From assembly GCA_964057225.1 (NCBI GenBank), contig OZ059898.1, forward strand, positions 14,012,001 through 14,076,000: a DNA stretch of 64,000 nucleotides. The letters are read 5' to 3'. Source of the stretch: Auanema rhodensis. Its lineage: Eukaryota > Animalia > Nematoda. Made by a program: the position numbers and the translations under genes. The notes under the pieces are model-generated. The model had not been told where the DNA came from. It saw only the letters and a program-made list of their open reading frames with translations, and made no database searches. Below, piece by piece: positions 59,156-64,000 of this stretch. Numbering within the stretch: position 1 is the stretch's first letter; each line of letters begins with the position of its first letter.

Positions 59156-60687
59156 CATCGAAAATTCAAAAATGGACAAGCTCAAGTATTCTTAAAAAAT
59201 GAAAAATGTATGCGTTCGGGGGGAATCGAACCCCCGTCGAATGCTTGGAAGGCATCCATGCTGACCATTACACCACGAACGCTACGATGGCTCTTGAACT
59301 ATTAGATTAGATGAGTTGACACATCTTTGACTTCATTGATAATTACGAATGAAAAGCAGAAACATATTTTTTCAACGTTTCACATCAAAAAATCAAAAAT
59401 GGACAAGCTCAAGTATTTTCAAAATCTTTGCAACATATTGCATTCAAATCGTTCACAAAAAATGAAAAATGTATGCGTTCAGGGGGAATCGAACCCCCGT
59501 CGAATGCTTGGAAGGCATCCATGCTGACCATTACACCTCGAACGCTACGATGGCTCTTGAACTATTTGATTAGATGAGTTGACACATCTTTGACTTCATT
59601 GATAATTACGAATGAAAAGCAGTAACATATTTTTTTCAAACGTTCCACATCGAAAATTCAAAAATGGACAAGCTCAAGTATTTTCAAAATCTTTGCAACA
59701 TATTGCAAAACGTCAAACCATTCTTAAAAAATGAAAAATGTATGCGTTCGGGGGGAATCGAACCCCCGTCGAATGCTTGGAAGGCATCCATGCTGACCAT
59801 TACACCACGAACGCTACAATAGGTTGTGAACTATTAGATTAGATGAGTTGACACATCTTTGACTTCATTGATAATTACGAATGAAAAGCAGTAACATATT
59901 TTTTTCAAACGTTTCACATCAAAAAATCAAAAATGGACAAGCTCAAGTATTTTCAAAATCTTTGCAACATATTGCAAAACGTCAAACCATTCTTAAAAAA
60001 TGAAAAATGTATGCGTTCGGGGGGAATCGAACCCCCGTCGAATGCTTGGAAGGCATCCATGCTGACCATTACACCACGAACGCTACAATAGGTTGTGAAC
60101 TATTAGATTAGATGAGTTGACACATCTTTGACTTCATTGATAATTACGAATGAAAAGCAGTAACATATTTTTTTCAAACGTTTCACATCAAAAAATCAAA
60201 AATGGACAAGCTCAAGTATTTTCAAAATCTTTGCAACATATTGCAATCAAATCGTTCAGAAAAAATGAAAAATGTGTGCGTTCGGGGGGAATCGAACCCC
60301 CGTCGAATGCTTGGAAGGCATCCATGCTGACCATTACACCTCGAACGCTACGATGGCTCTTGAACTATTAGATTAGATGAGTTGACACATCTTTGACTTC
60401 ATATATAATTACAGAATGAAAAGCAGAAACATATTTTTTTTAACGTTTCACATCAAAAAATCAAAAATGGACAAGCTCAAGTATTTTCAAAATCTTTGCA
60501 ACATATTGCAAAACGTCAAACCATTCTTAAAAAATGAAAAATGTATGCGTTCGGGGGGAATCGAACCCCCGTCGAATGCTTGGAAGGCATCCATGCTGAC
60601 CATTACACCACGAACGCTACGATGGCTCTTGAACTATTAGATTAGATGAGTTGACACATCTTTGACTTCATATATAACTACAGAATG
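59156..60687 (-). repeat. Tandem tRNA-Gly(TCC) array, block 4 (6 units)
   Basis: tRNAs at 59211, 59474, 59743, 60012, 60277, 60546; first spacer has a 40 bp deletion. Confidence 0.95.
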
Positions 60688-60751
60688 TGTCGCGATAAGC
60701 GAGTGAGTTTGTATAATTTTTTTATCTTCAACAATTGTTTTATTCGTTTCT

Positions 60752-60754
<3 letters not shown>

Positions 60755-60809
<55 letters not shown>
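60755..60809. repeat. (CT)n microsatellite inside the BEL LTR
   Basis: Uninterrupted tctctc... run of about 55 bp. Confidence 0.95.
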
Positions 60810-60812
<3 letters not shown>

Positions 60813-61065
60813 TTCTTCTTTCTTCTAACTTCCTAAGTAATTTTTATCCATACCACATGTTGTGTTATACATGTGGCATGACTAACTCTTTGTTTCAGGC
60901 TGACGACCGCCCACGAGAAGAGATCAGTCTTACATTTTCAACGTTCGCAGTCAGTGATTTTATTCCGTGCTTGTCTTGTTAATTCATCAATAAACCCTTT
61001 TTTACATATTCGCTTTGTGTTTTACTTCCAACCATACTATACACTTGTGGTATAACGCCATAAAT

Positions 61066-61077
61066 TGGTGCATCGGC
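61066..61077 (+). promoter_or_regulatory. Primer binding site complementary to tRNA-Gly(GCC)
   Basis: TGGTGCATCGGC is the reverse complement of ...GCCGATGCA-CCA of invertebrate tRNA-Gly(GCC) (from memory). Confidence 0.78.
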
Positions 61078-61350
61078 TAGTTTAGATCTTAGCCGCTTTA
61101 AGTCCCGCGTGGCAGGTGAGATACAACTCGAACCAAGCGTGTTTGAGCAAAAAACATACTTAATAAAAATCGTGGCGATCATAAGTCCACGTCAAGTCAC
61201 ACCAAACAGACTTGAACAATAAGCAAACTCTGAAATTAGAAACAGAGGTTTGAATTTCCTTACGTTCACATATACTGTGATCACCAAACAAACAAAGAAA
61301 AAAGAAAACAAAAAAGGAATATAAGCATTATTCCTACATCTACAACAAAA

Positions 61351-64000
61351 ATGTCACTCCTTTTTGTCAATCATATCAAACAATCTAACCAGTTTCTTGG
61401 AGAACTGCTTACACGATACGAGATGGAAGTGAAGGACCTTCCTGGTATTCTGGTAGATTGCGACTTCCACACTGAGGAAGAAGAGGAAACCCTCTCTTGC
61501 CTTATCATTCGCTGGACAAAAGTCCAACACCAATTCAAAGAATCGTTAAAAAATCATCAAGATAACGAGAAAAAATTCCAAAAATTTTACGAAGCATCAG
61601 ACAAAACGCTTCGTAAAGCATTAGACGAACAGTACATCGCCTTCACATCCGATGAAGACTTTGAACCCAACATTAAAAAGGTTCAAAACGCCATTATTGA
61701 GCTTGACGAACACATCATGAAAGCCGAACGCATACTTAGAAAGCTGAGAAAAACGCTTCATAAGAATGAATCTGAGCACAACAGCAATTGCTCAACAGAA
61801 AACAATGAAACAGAAAACAAATCGAATGATCAATTTCTGGAAATTATCAAGTCATTCCTACACATCCAACAAACTAGCATCCAAAAACCAGCGATGTCGC
61901 TACCTACATTTGATGGCAAACCAGAGAACTTCAAATCATTCTGGGGCCGTTTTGATAGACTTGTTCATGATAATGAACAGTTTACAACCTTAGAAAAGGT
62001 AAACCTACTCTGTGAAAGCCTCAAAGGCAATTCACAAATAGCAATCAGAGGAATAGAACCCTCTGCTCAAAATTATGAGCTCATGCGTGAAGCATTAGTT
62101 TCTGAATTTGGAGACTATTCGTCGGATATCAACTCTCTTTTAACACAACTACGTAATTTGAGATTTGCAAGCAATAATGCAAAAGCATGCAAAGAAACAT
62201 TTGGAGAAACCAAGGCACTTATCAGGCAAATTGAAGCAGCCGGAGCTACAGTATCCCGCGAAATGTGTACCGCGATGATTCTCAACAAATTCCCATACCA
62301 CATCGTGGAAGACATTCTAATTCATCCAAACAACTACCATTCTACTAAAGAAATGCTGGCAGCTGTAGACCATAAAATCTATTCGTTTATTCTAAAAGAA
62401 CAAACAAGAAATAGTCATGAACAAAAGTTTCGAAATCACAAAGACAATGTCACATCTGTTTCACATAAAGACAGCACTGCAGAACAACGGAAAACCCAAA
62501 CTTGGCCATGTGTCTTTTGCGACTCATCCGAGCATCGTTTTTATCAATGCACCACATTTGAAACACCAGAGAAAAGAAGGTACCGCATTCGCGGAAAGGC
62601 CATCTGTTGGATTTGCTTTTCCGATAAACACAAAAGTTCGGAATGCAGAAAACAAAAATGTCGCAATTGCCAAGGAGATCATAATTCCGCCTTGTGCTCA
62701 CAAGGAAGAAAAAGTGTACAAAATATCCAAAAAGATAAAGAAACTCCCACAATTAAAAAAGATCAGGCTTTACTGATCACCACAGAAGAATTATTGAATA
62801 AAAAAACAACAGAATATAAACAAGACTCTGACACTAATAATCGAATCCCTACTGAGGCACTTAATGCACCAGTATCGCTTAATCACATTGCCGACACCCA
62901 TAATATTGAAGAAAGTCAAGTAATATTACGAACAGCAATGGCAAACATATACAACCACAATAGTAAAAAATATGAGCAAGTACGCATGCTCATAGATGAA
63001 GGATCCATGAGATCTTTTATATCCAAGGACTTATCCACTAAGTTAGGATTGCCCATCCTTGGTTCTCAAAAGAAAACCTTTTACGGTATCGGAGCATTGT
63101 CCGAAACGCACGAAGTTCAGGACGTAAAGGTAATTATTGGAACCTCAAGTGGATCCCTTATCGTAACAAAACTATTCACCAAACCCATGTTAACCACACC
63201 CATACGTTGTCCAAAACTATCTAAAGAAGACTTGAAATTTATAAAGACAAGAAAAATAAAATTAGCCAATCCACAAACAAACGGAGAATCATTTACTCCG
63301 GATATACTGATAGGTATGGATAGATACAAACTGTTCATGCATTTAAACGAAGAAACCGAACTCCCCTCACGTATGAGATTGAAAAATTCGGTATTCGGCC
63401 ACATGATACATGGAGAAGCTCCTCTTCCCGATGATAATACACAACAAGAAGTAATATTATGCTCTACAGTAGAAGAAATAACAAAAGAAACCTCTCATAA
63501 AGAACTCCTCACTAATCTGTTTGAACTGGATTCTATCGGCATCAATACAGAAAATGCCAACGCAGACCGCACTATTGATTACTATGAAGAATACTCAAAA
63601 GATATAAAAATTGAGAACAACCGTATTATTGCACCGTTCCCGTTAAAAAATAACTTCAAAAATCTTAAAAACAACAAAATGCCCGCGTACCATAGATTCG
63701 TATCCCTATGGCGAAAGTTACTGCACAATCCAGAAATGCTCTCACACTATACTACAACCATTGAAAGTTACCTCAAAGATAACATTGTCGAACAAATTCC
63801 CAACAATCACCAGGAGCCTTTAGAGTTTTATATGCCCCACCATGGGGTTTGGAAGCCCAGCAAGGCTAACCCTCTCAGAATCGTTTTTGACGCCTCCGCT
63901 AAACAGAAAGACAGCCCGTCGTTGAATGAGATAATACACACAGGACGATCATTTATCACATATATACACGACATCATGATCTCCTGCAGAACAAGACCAA
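61351..64000 (+). CDS. BEL/Pao Gag-Pol polyprotein, 3'-incomplete (absent from the ORF track, presumably because no stop occurs in the window)
   Basis: ATG 61351; LPTFDGKPENFKSFWGRF (DUF1759-type Gag); CVFC..H..C, CWIC..H..C, CRNC..H..C knuckles (~62509-62697); protease MLIDEGS (62995); YMPHHGVWK...LRIVFDASAK (63830-63903). Confidence 0.92.
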   Translation, partial: MSLLFVNHIKQSNQFLGELLTRYEMEVKDLPGILVDCDFHTEEEEETLSCLIIRWTKVQHQFKESLKNHQDNEKKFQKFYEASDKTLRKALDEQYIAFTSDEDFEPNIKKVQNAIIELDEHIMKAERILRKLRKTLHKNESEHNSNCSTENNETENKSNDQFLEIIKSFLHIQQTSIQKPAMSLPTFDGKPENFKSFWGRFDRLVHDNEQFTTLEKVNLLCESLKGNSQIAIRGIEPSAQNYELMREALVSEFGDYSSDINSLLTQLRNLRFASNNAKACKETFGETKALIRQIEAAGATVSREMCTAMILNKFPYHIVEDILIHPNNYHSTKEMLAAVDHKIYSFILKEQTRNSHEQKFRNHKDNVTSVSHKDSTAEQRKTQTWPCVFCDSSEHRFYQCTTFETPEKRRYRIRGKAICWICFSDKHKSSECRKQKCRNCQGDHNSALCSQGRKSVQNIQKDKETPTIKKDQALLITTEELLNKKTTEYKQDSDTNNRIPTEALNAPVSLNHIADTHNIEESQVILRTAMANIYNHNSKKYEQVRMLIDEGSMRSFISKDLSTKLGLPILGSQKKTFYGIGALSETHEVQDVKVIIGTSSGSLIVTKLFTKPMLTTPIRCPKLSKEDLKFIKTRKIKLANPQTNGESFTPDILIGMDRYKLFMHLNEETELPSRMRLKNSVFGHMIHGEAPLPDDNTQQEVILCSTVEEITKETSHKELLTNLFELDSIGINTENANADRTIDYYEEYSKDIKIENNRIIAPFPLKNNFKNLKNNKMPAYHRFVSLWRKLLHNPEMLSHYTTTIESYLKDNIVEQIPNNHQEPLEFYMPHHGVWKPSKANPLRIVFDASAKQKDSPSLNEIIHTGRSFITYIHDIMISCRTRP

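Larger units (their letters stand above)
60688..64000 (+). mobile_element. BEL/Pao (Belpaoviridae-like) LTR retrotransposon, 5' portion (runs off the window)
   Basis: Begins TGT where the array unit breaks; probable 5' LTR 60688-61060 (TG...CA); PBS; ORF with BEL-type Gag, three Zn knuckles, protease and Pao RT motif. Confidence 0.92.

Noticed and set aside
566-60640. Dozens of 60-76 aa ORFs (MKSSNIFF..., MDKLKYFQ..., MTSLIITN...)
   Set aside because: They are translations of the spacer plus the antisense strand of the tRNA; frames and stops change with unit indels

Overview
Eukaryotic repeat locus, most likely from a nematode: the repeated tRNA matches my recollection of Caenorhabditis-type tRNA-Gly(TCC), and both retroelement families fit. 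About 33 kb is a tandem array of roughly 125 minus-strand tRNA-Gly(TCC) genes in ~263-270 bp units, organised into higher-order repeats, and many copies carry B-box mutations. The array is interrupted by (i) an intact 11.5 kb Ty3/gypsy-type LTR element, present twice through a 25,220 bp tandem duplication, (ii) a solo LTR (also duplicated) and a 3.56 kb non-autonomous element of a sister family, and (iii) the 5' part of a BEL/Pao element at the right edge. The gypsy element is the most unusual object here. Its single 2938-codon ORF has the order Gag - internal signal peptide - herpesvirus-gB-like (class III) glycoprotein with a ~390 aa insert - TM/PPxY - PR - RT - RNase H - IN. It has non-canonical CG...CG LTR ends, a tRNA-Gln PBS, and a conserved GTG start followed by a ~1.2 kb AUG-free corridor. 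Its leader holds a ~600 nt RNA with many long-range, crossing helices that are conserved, some with compensatory changes, in the sister family. The many short ORFs in the array are artefacts of the repeat unit. All counts and alignments were done by eye, and novelty could not be checked against databases.
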